A DNA stretch of 64,000 bases. It comes from Dipteris shenzhenensis (Eukaryota). The stretch lies in assembly GCA_047967505.1 (NCBI GenBank), contig CM106538.1. One strand, given 5' to 3'. The notes beneath the pieces were generated by a model. That model saw only the letters and a list, made by a program, of their open reading frames with translations. It had not been told where the DNA came from and searched no databases. This document shows positions 13,274 through 26,489 of this stretch, piece by piece. The number at the start of each line of letters is the position of its first letter. The first letter of the stretch is position 1. Both the position numbers and the translations under genes were made by a program.

Positions 13274-14318
13274 TTTGTCTCCAAAACTATGGAAGGAATA
13301 GGGAAAACTAGCAAGCACAAGAGTGTCAAAGAAGAAAAAGAAGAAAAGTGCCATTCTTGTTGTTCAAAAGGTAGATATAGATGTTGGCGATGATGTACCT
13401 ATGGTTCATGTGATCATTGATGGTCAAGTGATTTCTAATGTGTACATTGATGGAGGTGCATCGATTAATGTCATGAGTGAGAAGACCATGATAGATGCTG
13501 ATTTATAATACTCTAGTACTACCTCTCCTTATTGCATTTGAATTGGCTGACAACACTAGGGTAAAGACCTTGGGAGTTGTGAAGAATCTAGAAGTGGATG
13601 TATGTGGAATTTCTATGCCGACTACTTTTTAGGTGATCCCTACCAAGCCAGATGCACGTGCCTATCCATTGATTTTGGGAAGGCCTTGGCTATGCAAGGT
13701 GAAGGATATTCAAAAGTGGGATACTAGAGAATTGATTTTGCTAGAAAATGATAAGAAGGTACGCCACCTTGGGGAGTTCTTGCTTATAGAGTCATTCCTT
13801 TTGGGTTAACCAACGCACCGGCTACATTTCAAAGGTTCATGAGTCAAGTCCTTGAGCCTTACTTGGGAAAGTTCATAAGGGAGTTTTTGGATGATTTTTG
13901 CATTTATTCTCGATGCATAGATCACATGGAGAAGTTAGAGATGGCCTTAGCTAGGATTGATGAAGCAAAAGGGTGTCTAAATCCTAGCAAGTGTCATTTG
14001 GCTCAAACAAAAGTACTCTTGTTGGGGCATATTGTGTCTGAAGAAGGCTTGCAAATGGATCCTGACAAGGTTCAAGCAATCATGGCATTGCCAAGTCCTA
14101 AGAGTGTCATTGGTGTTCACAAAATTCTAGGAAAAAGCAAGTATTATCAATGCTTTTGTGATGATTTCATAGAGATAGTGCATCCCATGAACTTGTTGAC
14201 AAGAAAAGGAGTTCCTTTCCAATGGGGCATGGAGCAACAGGAGTCTTTTCAGCAACTTAAGGAGGCCATGAGTGCTCAGGGCCCAATATTATCTAACTCT
14301 CATAAATTGGGCCCATAG
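13274..14318 (+). mobile_element. Ty3/Gypsy pol remnant (aspartic protease plus partial RT), interrupted by the CACTA; upstream part probably 1794-2103
   Basis: IDGGASINV protease motif, ILGRPWL, FGLTNAPATFQ, FLDDF, LLGHIVS, FQWGMEQQESF. Stops present, and a deletion between protease and RT. Confidence 0.85.
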
Positions 14319-14319
14319 C

Positions 14320-15281
14320 AAGCTACAATGGGTTGCCTTCCTACAGACATAGAGATGACGAGACGTGCATTTAGTGTAGGAACAAAGCTGTGGTTTATTG
14401 AGCAGGAGGCACTGGGAGTGACGGTCGATTGGGCTGAGGTGGCTTCTCATACGGCGTAAGTCTACTCCTACTTATAATCTCACTTTCTAAACTGTTTTAT
14501 TCTTTAAGTTCCAATCTAATTTCCAATTAATATGGTTTTACTCTTAGAATCAAAGCTCGAGCGTCCCATCATCAAAGGTGAGCAGTGATGATGAGGGATT
14601 AGGCTTACACAGCTTTGACGAGGGCTAGGGACTAGGCGTAGCTCACGAGGGCTAGGGATCAGGCACAGCTCACGAGGGCCAAGAATCAGGCCAGCAAGAT
14701 GAGGACGAGGATGATGATGATGATTCGGATGAGCAGTAGTAGTAGTAGTAGTAGTATTAATAGTAGTTTGCATATACTTCGCCATGTATATGCTTTTGTA
14801 TATCGGCTCGTTTGAGCGATTTTGTATCACCCTTTTTGAAAGGGTAATTTTGCAACAAACAATGTTGTATATCTTCGACATGTATATGCTTATGTCGCTC
14901 GGTTCATTTGAGCGATTTTGTATCACCCTTTCCACAAGGAAAATTTTGTAATAAAAAACATTCTTTTGTAATTACTAAATAAAAAACATTAGTGGGGCAA
15001 AATAGGACTTGCTGTGGCCCTGTTTAGCCCCACTAATATTTTTTTAAGTTTCTGTTAATCGTCGCTATATAGCGACCTTTACCAATGTCGCTATATAGCG
15101 ACGTTTACCAGTGTCACTATATAGTGACGTTTATTAGTGTTACTATATAGCGACGCTTATATAGTGACCATTATTTTTTTATGCTTAACACGACGTAAAT
15201 AATGACCTTTGCACCCGTTTTAAAAAAAAAGTGTAAAAAAGGTCGGTATTCTTGTTGAAAAAGGGCCTATGCCTTGTAGTG
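14320..15281 (-). mobile_element. Truncated second copy of the same CACTA family (left terminus only, inverted)
   Basis: Ends GGCCTATGCCTTGTAGTG, the reverse complement of 2104-2121. Palindrome array at 15060-15160. The interior is a diverged inverted copy of ~2420-3070. Confidence 0.9.
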
Positions 15282-18200
15282 TAATTAGAGAGAGCCCAAC
15301 AATTTGTGCAAGGTATTACAATCACAAGCTTCATCAAATGATTAACACAATCCAAAAAGACAAAGGAATAATAGGAAATATTAAAGATTACTTCTTTGTA
15401 ATTGAGTTTCAAAGCATGGAAAGCCAACATGAGCATGGCTTAATTTGGGTTGATGATGCTCCAATATAAAAAAAAAGTAATGACGATAATGTTTGCATCT
15501 TCATAGACAAAACTTACATATCTTGTGATAAAGACCTTCTCAACAACATGAGAGATATTCAAACACATCACACATCCACATGCTTGAAAAAAAACAACTC
15601 AAAATTCTATTTCAACTACCCCAAAACCACCCTTGCACAAAACTATGTTATTTACCCTTGGAAAGCCATAATATAACAACACAGAAAGACAATTATTGCA
15701 AGGTGCAAAATAGTTTGAACATCATGCACTCAACCATCACAACATCAACAAAAGAATCGATACAAGAAAAAGGCATGGATAGACACATACATATTATCAA
15801 TTAGATCTTAGTTGAAAAAGCCAACATTGTTTTAGAAAAGACATCCAAAAAATATCTTTACAAATTCTTTCAATAGAAAAATCTCATATTTGTGGTAGTT
15901 AAATATCGATATACGATATATCATGGATCCCTATGGTGCAGCGTCCTATTGCACATCTTACATCACAAAAATGGACAATACAATAACAAAAATCTTGCAA
16001 GATACAATGAAGGGATGTTTGCAAGATGGCATGGACACACAAAGTTGAATGAGAAAATTAGAAAATGCTTTCTTACATGCTCAACAAATGAGCACACAAC
16101 TAGCTTCTTTCATTTCCTTGTCCTTACCATTATATAAATCTTCACCTGAATTTCAATTTATCAAGACAAATGAGCCCAACAATAGAGCTTTAATATTGAA
16201 AAGAAAGCATCAGCTTGAAAAGTTGGATGATAACTCAAAAAGCATAGCTTGTTTGTCAATCATAGAAAAATACACCAACTGTGAAGGCATGGAAAATATT
16301 TGCCTAGCATCCTTTGCTTCTGAATACAACCACTCAACATCTGGTTATAACAAGAGAAAAAACCCTAAAATCATAAGGTAAGTCAAATTCAACAAGGTAA
16401 AAGATCCAATTAGCTATTATAGAGAGCATGTACTTCTTTATTGTCCTTTGAAAAAAGATGAGCTCAGCCCGCTCAAAACATTCGGTTCATGGCAAGATGC
16501 ATATAAAGCAAACGGAGTCATTATAAAAATAAATTGCAACAACTTTAACTTCAAATACAACAATATCCTAGAAGAGGGAATTACCATTGAGGATCTAAGA
16601 AGGGTTGGCAACTTAGAAAAATATGCAAGCAATGAGGTAGTAGGCGATATATACAACACTTATGATATTGGCTTAGGTATGCCACCACTTACAAGTGGTG
16701 CAGGTACTAAAAAAACATATCTTCTACTATTGATTGTTCAAGGCATGCTTAAGCACTACAATGAAATCATTATATCAAATGACATCAATTTACCCAAAGC
16801 ACGTTTACTTGCATACATTGGCAAGGTGACACAACACATCAATGGTATAACAATACACTCAGCATTACACCTTCCCAGCATCTCTCTTGAGAAAAACTAG
16901 ACATATTATCAAACCTTTACAAACAAGTTCAACTTCTCGTATTTGATGAAATTTCTCTCGTAGGAAGACGCACAATGAATTTTGCAGATCTTCGAGTGAG
17001 AGCATTAAAGCACAATTATGAGGACTATTTTGGAGATATGGACATCATTACATGTGGATATTTTTACCAAGCCAAACCTATGAAAGTTGCGTGGGTTTTC
17101 AAGGATCGCAACGATACTTTGGAGAGCTTAGGTAACAAAGACCAAATAGATATATTTGATGACATCCTTCTATGAAAATGGGTTCAACCTCAAGAAAAAA
17201 TAAACTTCTTTCTTATAGGTGGTGCATGTATAAGAAAAATATATCTTCTACTATTGATCGTTCAAGGCTACACTAGAATGAAATCATTATATCAAATGAC
17301 ATCAATTTACCCAAAACACTTTTACTTGCATACACCGGCAAGGCGGCACAACACATCAATGGTATAATAATACACAGAGCATTACACCTTCCACTCTATA
17401 GCAAAGAATTAACATCTCTCTCTTGAGAAAAACTAGACATATTATCAAACCTAAACAAACAAGTCCAACTTCTCATATTTGATAAAATTTCTCTCGTAGG
17501 AAGATGCATAATGAATTTTGCAAATCTACGAATGAGAGCATTAAACCACAATCATGAGGACTATTTGGAGATGTGGACATCATTACATGTGGAGATTTTT
17601 ACCAAGCCAAACCTATGAAAGATGCATGGGTGTCGATACCCTAGAGAGCTTAGGTAACACATACTGGACAACCAAAATACAACGCCATGAATTGAAAAAA
17701 ACAATGAGGCAAAATGACAACAATTTCATAAATACTTTAAATTCTTTTAGAATGTGCACACACACTCAACATCAAATAGACTATATAAATGAAAAATGTT
17801 TTCAACAACCACCACAAGACCACACATTCCCACACTTGTTCTATACAAACCTACAAATTAATGCATACAATGAATCAATACTCCAAATTGGACAAGGCAC
17901 AATATACACCCTAACAGCAATCGATAATTTTAGTGAGTCCGCTTGCAAAAACAAAAAAATAATGGATGATCCTAAGGCAATTGATGGCTTGAGAACAAAT
18001 ATACAAATCAAGAAAGGAATGCTTTTAGAACTATGTTTAGGAAACCTAGATCAAGATGATGGCCTTGTTAATGGAGCAGATGGAGTCGTCTAAGAATGAC
18101 TATAATAAATCAAAAAGACATAGTCTAGATAAAGTTTGAATGTAACAAAGAAGGAAAGAAAGCAAGAAACAAGAACAAAGAAGCTTACACAAAAGAAATA

Positions 18201-19575
18201 GACTCCAGTTGGACACCAATATATCGAATTACAAAGGAAGTCCAAATAGGTCCTTAAAAAACAAGAATTCTAATAAGAGAGCAATTTCCAATTGAACCAG
18301 CTGCTGCACATAGATCACAAGGTCTCACAATGGATCGTTTAGCCTTCTCCCCTTGGAAAGTTAGAGGCCATGGATTAGCTTACACCACAATATCAAGGGT
18401 CAAAAAAATAGAAAACCTTTACTTGCTAGAACCAACTAAACATGAAAACTTTCACGTGGAAAAAGGTGTTCAACAAGAAATGGAAAGACTTAATACAACA
18501 AAAAGATGGCACACACTAAAAGAAGAGAACAAACCCAAATGTGATTTCAACATAAACATCCAATCTTTAAACACAAGATCACTTCAAAAATACAAGCTTG
18601 ACATAGAAAACACAGAGCAACTTATGAAATGTGAGGTCCTATGCTTACAAGAAACTAGAACTAAACAATTTGATGCACTAACATTCAACACATTCAAATC
18701 ATTACACATCTTCTCATCATGTGGACGTGTGTATTATTAAACAACACCACTCATTTGAAAGCTCGGGGGGGTCACTCATCATATGTAACCCTATCACGTG
18801 AGTTCAACAGAAGGATATTTTTTATTTCTAAAATTTACAAAAATAAATATACATAAGGGACTATTTAAAATAATTTTGGAAAAAAATTACAAATTTGTAT
18901 AGAAAAGGGGTACATTTTATCAATGAAAAAATTACAGATAAGGGATTTTAAAAATAAGCCTTGAACGCACGTGATATAGAGGGTTTATACATAGTGACCC
19001 CCCCGAGTTTGAAAGAACAACTAAAAAACCAAAACAATGGAATCGAAATCATAGAAGCTCTAATTAACAAATCAAATCAAGACTACTTAATTGTAGCAAT
19101 TTACAAACCACCAACCACAATAATAAACACATTTTTAAGCATGTTGGAAGATATACTAGATCGTAACAAGTGGGTGACTTTAACATCGATATGAACATTA
19201 AAACATCACCCCTAAATAATGTTATGCAAAAATACAATTTCAAAATGCCTATTCAAGTGCCAACAACAATATACGGAACTACATTGGATCACATAATATG
19301 GACAAACATTCCAATTGAAAATACAAACTCTGGAACATCATTTGCTTACTCGTCAGACCACTCTATTACATATATTTCGGTATAAAATATCAAGAAAATA
19401 CAACCTCAATTTCTAAAAACTTCCATTTGGAGGGCTTATGTGTCATTGACACCTTGTTTTAAATTTTGTTTAGCCATTAACATCATAGTATGTGGCTTAT
19501 TCTGGTTTATGACCCTGACCACCCTGTGTGTCAAGGACACCACCCCACGCGGCAGGCGTGTGTACCCACACTTAG
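15282..19575 (+). mobile_element. Decayed Helitron with Rep, Pif1 helicase and C-terminal AP-endonuclease
   Basis: Rep motif VIEFQSMESQHEHGL (HUH). Helicase motifs GITIHSAL, DEISLVG, GDFYQ, TMRQND, GLVNGADG, SQGLT, GLAYTTISRV. APE motifs SLNTRSL, CLQET, IYKPP, GDFNID, LDHI, SDH. Hairpin CACGC-GGCAG-GCGTG (19546-19560) followed by CTTAG at 19571-19575. Confidence 0.85.
18762..19007 (+). mobile_element. 246-bp MITE copy 1 (CTCGGGGGGGTCACT TIR)
   Basis: Perfect 15-bp TIRs. Exact 8-bp TSD TTTGAAAG (18754-18761, 19008-19015). Interrupts the Helitron endonuclease. Confidence 0.97.
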
Positions 19576-19761
19576 ATCATCGTCATCGTCGTCACCAAAA
19601 CTTTTCTGTGTGGCGCATCTTCCAACTTTCCCTTTCTTTGGATCTTTCACCTCCCTCTCTACCATAGCTGCCCTGCTGCACAAGGATCTACAAGCCAGAA
19701 AGCATTAGGATTAGTCGGCACTAATTCCTGCTGCAGTTTCCTGTTCGACGAAGGGTTCGTG

Positions 19762-21556
19762 ATGGAGTTGCTTAACGGCAGCTTCAATCCCTCTCATCAC
19801 ATGAACACCAGTTCGAGCAAACTCAGCGTGCTCGTCGTGGGCGGCAGCATTGGAGGCCTCAGCTGCGCTCACGGGCTCCTCCGAGCTGGCTGTAGCGTCG
19901 TGGTGTTCGAGAAAGCCAGAACTGTGGCTCCCTTGGGGGCCGGGCTTGCTTTGGACGAAGTAGAATGCTGCCCTGCGTTGCGCGAGTGGGGTTTTGGTGA
20001 CGCTCTTCTACAGCATGCGATTCCCCTTGCCGTGGAAGAGGTTTGATTTGAGATATCAATCTCCTTAAATTGCTGATGGACTAGAATTCGGAATGTGCCC
20101 TATCTCATGACCGAACGGATTCAAAAACTGTTTTGTCATTTGCAGAATCGGGCAGTGGAAAGGAGAACAAAGTCCTTGCATACTCTGGTAGTGAATCCCT
20201 TCCATAATACCAAAGCTCTACATTGGAGTGATCTGCATAAGTTTCTATACGATGCGTTACCCAAGGGCATCGTGCGCTGGGGTCACGAAGTGGTAGCGTT
20301 CGAGGAGATCAAGGGTGGGAAGGAAGTTAAAGTCGTGGTGAGACAGATCGAGACAGGGGACGCGATTGAATTCGAAGGGAATTTGCTGGTTGCTGCAGAT
20401 GGGTGCAATTCACGAATTCGGGCACACTTCGTCCCCGAGGAAAGGCGAAGGTTTGTAAATGGGATTGAACATGGTGAAACTTGATTGGTCGCCTTTTCCC
20501 TTCGCCCTTGACGGCGGATTGCTCTTGATGCAGGTATTCGGGGTACTCCGCCTGGAGAGGTGTAGTGGATAGAGCAGCGGAAGGTAGCAAGGAGGTCTTA
20601 ATGGCGATGCGGAAGCGATATCCCAACCTGGGGGACACAGTCTACGTGGAGATGACGGGGGAGTCTCACTCTGCCGTGTTCGAGATACCAGGAGGAAGGT
20701 TGAACTGGCTGTGGTATGTCAATCAGCCGGAACCAACCTTCAAGGTACAGATGAGGAATCGGCCGGTGGCGCAGATTGATAATTCGATCAGGAGAGAGGG
20801 GTCATGTGTTGCTGATCAGATTTGATATGGCTGTGCTGCAAGCAGGGAAGCTCGTTGACGACAAGGGCGGGGGAGGAAGCCATTGCCAAGGCGATCGCCA
20901 AGGCGGAGGAGGAGCTGACACCGGAGATGGCAGCTTTGCTGAGGGCGACGCCATCGCCATTTCTGCAGGCGATCTGCGACAGGGAGCCATTGAAGAAGAT
21001 GGTGTGGGGAAGGGTGGTGCTCTTGGGAGAGGCAGCGCATCCCACGACGCCACACGCAGCGAGGAGCACGAACATGTCGATAATGGACGCGGTGACGCTA
21101 TCGAATTGTCTCGCCGCCATAAACAAGAAGCGGGAAGGAGCTAATTCATGCGCCACAGCCAAGGCCTGTGGAGCTTCTATAGATTCCGCCATAGCCAAGG
21201 ACAGTGCCGGAGCTGCTTCATCTGCTACTATTATTACAACAACGACTTCTTCTTCTTCTTTTGATGAGGCGCTCGCTGCCAAAATCAGCACAACAGCGCC
21301 TTCATCGTCTTCAACGACCACTGCAGATTTTTGTTTGGATAAGGAGGGGCTTTTTGCTGCCCTCGCTCGCTACGAGAGCTTGCGCTTGCCCGCTACCACG
21401 CAGCAGCTCCTGTTCTCGCGATTTCTGGGGCAGCTGAAGCAGGGGCATCTGCATGGAAAGGAGTTCTCGTGGCTGCGGGCGTCGCCTGAGGAATGCGCCC
21501 CTCTCGTCCAAGCGCATTGGCATGCTTTCGACGTCGCCTTGTGTCACGTTGATTGA
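19762..21556 (+). CDS. FAD-dependent monooxygenase (aromatic-ring hydroxylase family); exons 19762-20040, 20146-20450, 20534-20744, 20846-21556
   Basis: GGSIGGL Rossmann motif, LLVAADG motif, RYSGYSAWRG, LLGEAAHPTTPHAARSTNMSIMDA. Three GT-AG introns keep the frame and there are no stops. The start could be the ATG at 19801 instead. Confidence 0.92.
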
Positions 21557-21829
21557 GTGAAACGGCAAGAAACTCTGATTCTATTGTTTGTAATATTCTT
21601 GGACCATATGTCGTCTGCATGCTAATTGTATGTGCCGTTTCTATCTCCTCCTTCCTCCCAAAGTTGCCTCTTGTGTTTCCACCTCCTTCCCACTCAAAGC
21701 CTACCTCTTATCTTTCCACCTCCTCCCCTCTTCAACCCTCATCCAAGAGCTCCTTCGTGACATGTGGGGTGCTCTTCTCTTCCAAGCTGCCACTTGTCCT
21801 CATTTTTTTTTCCACCTCTTCGTGGTTAA

Positions 21830-22720
21830 TAGGTTAAAGATGGAGTGCCTCTTTTAATATTGACAAATTCTTGTTTAAGGAGTGCCTTGCATGCCAACGT
21901 GGGTGGGTACATCCTTGGATCTAGTGGCGAACTCTTTAGGTAGGATTTTGGTGGCTCCACCAAACTTAACTCTTTGGGTAACCACCACTTTGGCAGAAAG
22001 ATGCATAACAACGAATTCTGGAGTAGCTTAACTATGATCCAAGATGATCCATATTCTTAATGCATGCTATCTATGCAAGAAGACTGGACATTATGCACGT
22101 AATTCTCCGACCTGAGATGAGAACATGAGCTTGTGAGAAATGAAAAGATTGATGGAGTGGTTGAAGGCCCCAGATAAGAATCATGTCAACGCATCCAAAG
22201 GAAGACATCATGCATCGTGAAGAAGAGCATCGGGATGTTCCTAAGGTTGTACATACTGATAAGATCGATCATTGCTTGAATCGAGTGAAAGCTCAACCTT
22301 TGCTACAAGTTAGTACTCAAAAGAGTGACATGCAAGGGTTGGTGGTTAAGATCTTGGAGGACCAAAAACTCAACATGCAAGCCAAGATTCTTCAAGGATG
22401 TAGATATATCATCAGAGGGAAATGGTAAATTTCATGATGAGAAGATGGATGATGCCTAGAAAGTGGTGGGGAGGAGAGGAACAACACAAGCTGAGATTGG
22501 TGATAAAAGCTCGACGGACGACCCTGTGGTGGCCGAGATCATAGAGCTAGTGGCACAAACGGCTACTATTCAATCAGGGAAGAATGTAGATAGAAAAATG
22601 CCAGATGCCAACACGAAGAAAAGACTCCTAGAAGATAAGCCTATGATGGGAGAATTGGGGTCTCCAAAGGGCCCCCAATTAGTGTTTCCTAATTTTAAGG
22701 GATTAGTGAGGTATTTGAGG
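21830..22720 (+). mobile_element. Highly decayed retroelement gag/ORF1-like remnant
   Basis: Degenerate zinc knuckle CYLCKKTGHYARNS near 22065-22110. Otherwise fragmented. Confidence 0.3.
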
Positions 22721-23447
22721 TGTACCAATGGGAGTGCTCCTTTTTGTGGGGCAATGCCATGTTGAGGTGGAGGGTGGGCACACCTGCAAATAGCCCCTAT
22801 TGGCTACTCCTCTTACACCGGGGACCACTCAAACCATCCCCCCCCCTCAACCCATGCTTGACCCTTCTCCCATATGCACCTTCCCCAAATAAACCTGCAA
22901 GTCATTCAAGAGATGGTGGGCCCTTTTGGGCAAATTTTTCCCCCCTCTCAGCTTGTTACATGCCTGCCCCCCCCTCTTCTCTGGTCCAGCTCCATTCTCC
23001 CTCCATTTTTCAAATGTGGGAATGCATTTGGCATCTTCTCTGTCCCCTCTTGCTCTGGTCCACTGTGTTTCTCCCTCTCCAGCACCTCCTCTAGCAGCTG
23101 CTCATTCTCTCTCCACTCCTAGCTACAGCACCTCCTACAGCAGCAGCTGCTCGTCTCCCTCTGCTCTTTCTTCCTCCATTCCTAGCTCTGTAGTACCTCC
23201 CGTAGTGGCTACTCATCCCCGTCTGCTCTTTCTCCCTTCATTCCCGCTACAATACCTCCTGGAGTAGCTGCTCATCCCCCTCTACTCTTTCTCCCTCCAT
23301 TCCTTGCTACAGTACCTCTTGGAGCTTCTCTCAAGCTTCAGTTACACCCTCTATACCTTCTCCCTCTCTCTCTTTCTATCGGAGTTGCTCTCTCCCTCCA
23401 AGCTGCACTTTCTAGTCCACTATTGCTATTGTGACCTTTGTACAAGC

Positions 23448-24724
23448 ATGGTGAGGAGACCATACATGTACTCTGTGTCCCACAGGAGCAAAAATATACT
23501 GGGTGAATGGATGCCTTGCACCTATAGCTTGAATGATTAGATAGTCATGAGAGGGTTTGCCAAGGGTCCACATAAGGTTCCCAAGAGCAAAAGAGGTGAT
23601 CTTTTGCATGAATGGAAGGGCCGCATCATGAAGTTCAAGCTTGGAAAGAAAGGATTGCTTGCAAAGGTGCAACACATCTACATGGGGAAGGACATGCACC
23701 TTCCTCCATCAAGCAATCAATCGACAATACCATCACATTGTAATTCTGCATTTTGTGTAAGATTTTGAAGTGTAATGAGTCAGCTTGAAATTGTATTTTG
23801 AAATAGAACCAGTGTAATGAGTCAGTTTGAAATTGTATTTTAAAATAGCACTTGTGCATAGCAGGTGTATTTCCTTCAGACTTTGAGGAGTGGAAACCAG
23901 TGGAGTGCTTCTTAGGTAAGTTTACTGCCATTCATGAGGATTTAAGAAGACAAATGCATGCTGGAGAGAAGTCCTCTGCTTTGAAACAGAGAAATATCTA
24001 TTGATATAATGCCAAGTACATTACTCCAAGGATGACATTAGGCTATGGCTATCTTTAATGCATTGCAACACCACAACTTGAAGACATGGATTGCAGCATG
24101 GTGGACACAAGAACAATGCAGTCATACAAGGAAAAGATTGCAAAGGATGTGGGCATGGCCATGAAGTTTACATTTGGCTCTAAATGGGTAAGGTTGTCTT
24201 GGTTTATGCCTCTGCACATTTTTGCTTCTTGTTTTCATAATATCCAGATGCACAAAACAAAAACCATGTGGTCATGCAAGTGCCTACATAAGAATGCCCT
24301 TGAGGAATTGCTTGGGGTGAATTGGGGAAGCAGGTCAAGTGAACAAAAGGGTGATCTGTTTCAATGCCATGTATGTAAGGACAATGTGGTTATCAAGTAC
24401 CACATCTCTCGCCAAATGTTAGATTTTGCTTTCCAATATAGGCACTGGAAGAAAACAGGTGACAATTGGCTCCTTCTTGACTCTAACGATGATGATAATA
24501 CATGGGTAAGTTTATGTATTGGTTCTCATTTAGGAGATGTTAAGAATGTGACTGTCATGTCACAGTGGACTTTCAGGGACGTGCAGGAACACCTATTGGT
24601 CATGGAGGATGGCATGTCTGAGTCCTTTCACTTTACCTTAAATGGTGAAAAGGTAGGAAAGCGTGCAGAGAAGCTCGTGCATAGTGCCACTTTTATCCCT
24701 CCTGCAATATTGAAGATTGTTTAG
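23448..24724 (+). pseudogene. Unknown TE-associated ORF with a possible BAH-like N-terminal domain
   Basis: Frame runs from MVRRPY through ORF 23547-23768, a probable intron (~23742-23864), then FPSDFEEWKPVECFLGKF into ORF 24086-24724. A few in-frame stops. Confidence 0.4.
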
Positions 24725-26059
24725 AAAATGTAGGATGGAACGATTGTGGATTTTGACATTTTCCAATTAATAGTGGTGCAATTAATTTTGATGTTTTGAA
24801 TGGTTTTGTTTCATGTCAATGTCAAGTTTTTCCCAAAAATTTTATAATTCTTTATATTTTTTATATTTAGAACATTTGGGTATATACAGGTTATCAAGTT
24901 ACTTTAGTTTCAAAGTTTCACTATCATAGCCATAGTTCTCCTAGCTACCAAACTACCATGGATTCTGCTAGGTCTGCCTTCCACGATTTCATCTCCCGTA
25001 CTCCATTAATTGATAGAGAGGAGGAGTTATTTCTAGTCTTTGATAAGAGCATAGATGTCTTAGGCACCTACTTGGGAGCCCGAGATGAGATTTTGAAGAC
25101 CTCATCAAGTACATGCAAGACTACATCGCGAGTTTTGCATATCAACTTGATGAGTCTACAAAAAGATGGGTCCCAATTGATTATTTGAAGTACTTATTCA
25201 ATCAAGAACCTAGGTTCGTGAAGCGTTTAGATCGCTTTCGAGCCCAGCTCACACCCCTAAGGTTTAGGGAGGTGGACACTGATGACCTCCTAGCATGTGG
25301 AGTCATCGGATACACATGAAATAGGTTCCTATCCTAGGAAATGACCTTTATTTTCCTTCTCCAGGAGGGGCAAGTGGAGGATGAGGCCTCGACCTCAAGC
25401 CGTGACCCTGCCCCTATCCTTTTCGATCCTCTTATTTCTGTAGATGAGCCCAACATCTACAATGAATACCTATTTCATTAATTTTAGACTTTTTCTGTTG
25501 TTTTTGGATGAAGCCCAAAAATCCTTCCCAAATGAAAACTTTACTTTGTGAAAATATCCTTTCCAAATCAAAATTTTACTTTTTGAAAATATTCTTCCCA
25601 AATCAAAAGTTCACTTTGTGGCACTATCATATTCACATAAAAATATTGTTTTTTAAATCTATACTTTTGCACCAACATGCAAGAATTTGAAATAATCCTA
25701 TATTAGAAATTCTAGCTATATCTAAGTTATTTGTTAATTTAATTATTTTTAATATTTTTCCTTGACGTTTTTCCTTGACGTGATGAATTTATAAATCCAT
25801 GAAAGGAGACTTAAATATTTCATGAAAATAACATTGTCACTCGCAATATGCACAAAATTTTTAAAACTTTTAATAAATAGAAAAAAGACATGATGCCATA
25901 AGACCCAAGTTTTGTATTGAACCAAAGAGGTATAATAGCAATTATAGCTATTATTATATGATTACATTGAGAGACGTTGCTCTCAGCTAGAGTCTTTATA
26001 TCCAAAATGATATAGATTGAACATATGTTTACAATTAAATTGTTGCTCTTAAAGAGCCT

Positions 26060-26480
26060 CAATTCGTGCTATCTGCATAATTTGACTCCCCATTGTCTTA
26101 TTGCTCAATGTCACGACAGTCCCTTGCCAGGTGCCATCTGCATAATTTGACTCCCACTTGTCTTGCCAAGCCTGGCCCCTTGGGTGCATTGACTCCCCAT
26201 TGTCTTATTGCTCAATGCAATAGTCCCTTGTCAGGTGCCATCTGCATTAACTCCCTATTGTCTTGCCAAGCCTTGACCCTTGGGTGACATCCAGTGCAAA
26301 ATACAGGTGCCATCTACATTAACTCCCAGTTATCTTGCCAAGCCTTGCCCCTTGGGTGCATTGACTCCCCATTGTCTTATTGCTCAATGTGATAGTCCCT
26401 TGCGAGGTGCCATCTGCATTAACTCCCTATTGTCTTGGCAAGCCTTGACCCTTGGGTGACATCCAGTGCATATTTTGACT
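26060..26480. repeat. Tandem repeat downstream of the Sola-like transposase (TGCCATCTGCAT..ACTCCC..TGTCTTGCCAAGCC..CCCTTGGGTG)
   Basis: About 4 related units visible directly. Confidence 0.8.
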
Positions 26481-26489
26481 CTTATTTGA

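Noticed and set aside
20788-21568. Antisense and alternative-frame ORFs over the monooxygenase
   Set aside because: Shadow ORFs of a GC-rich exon.
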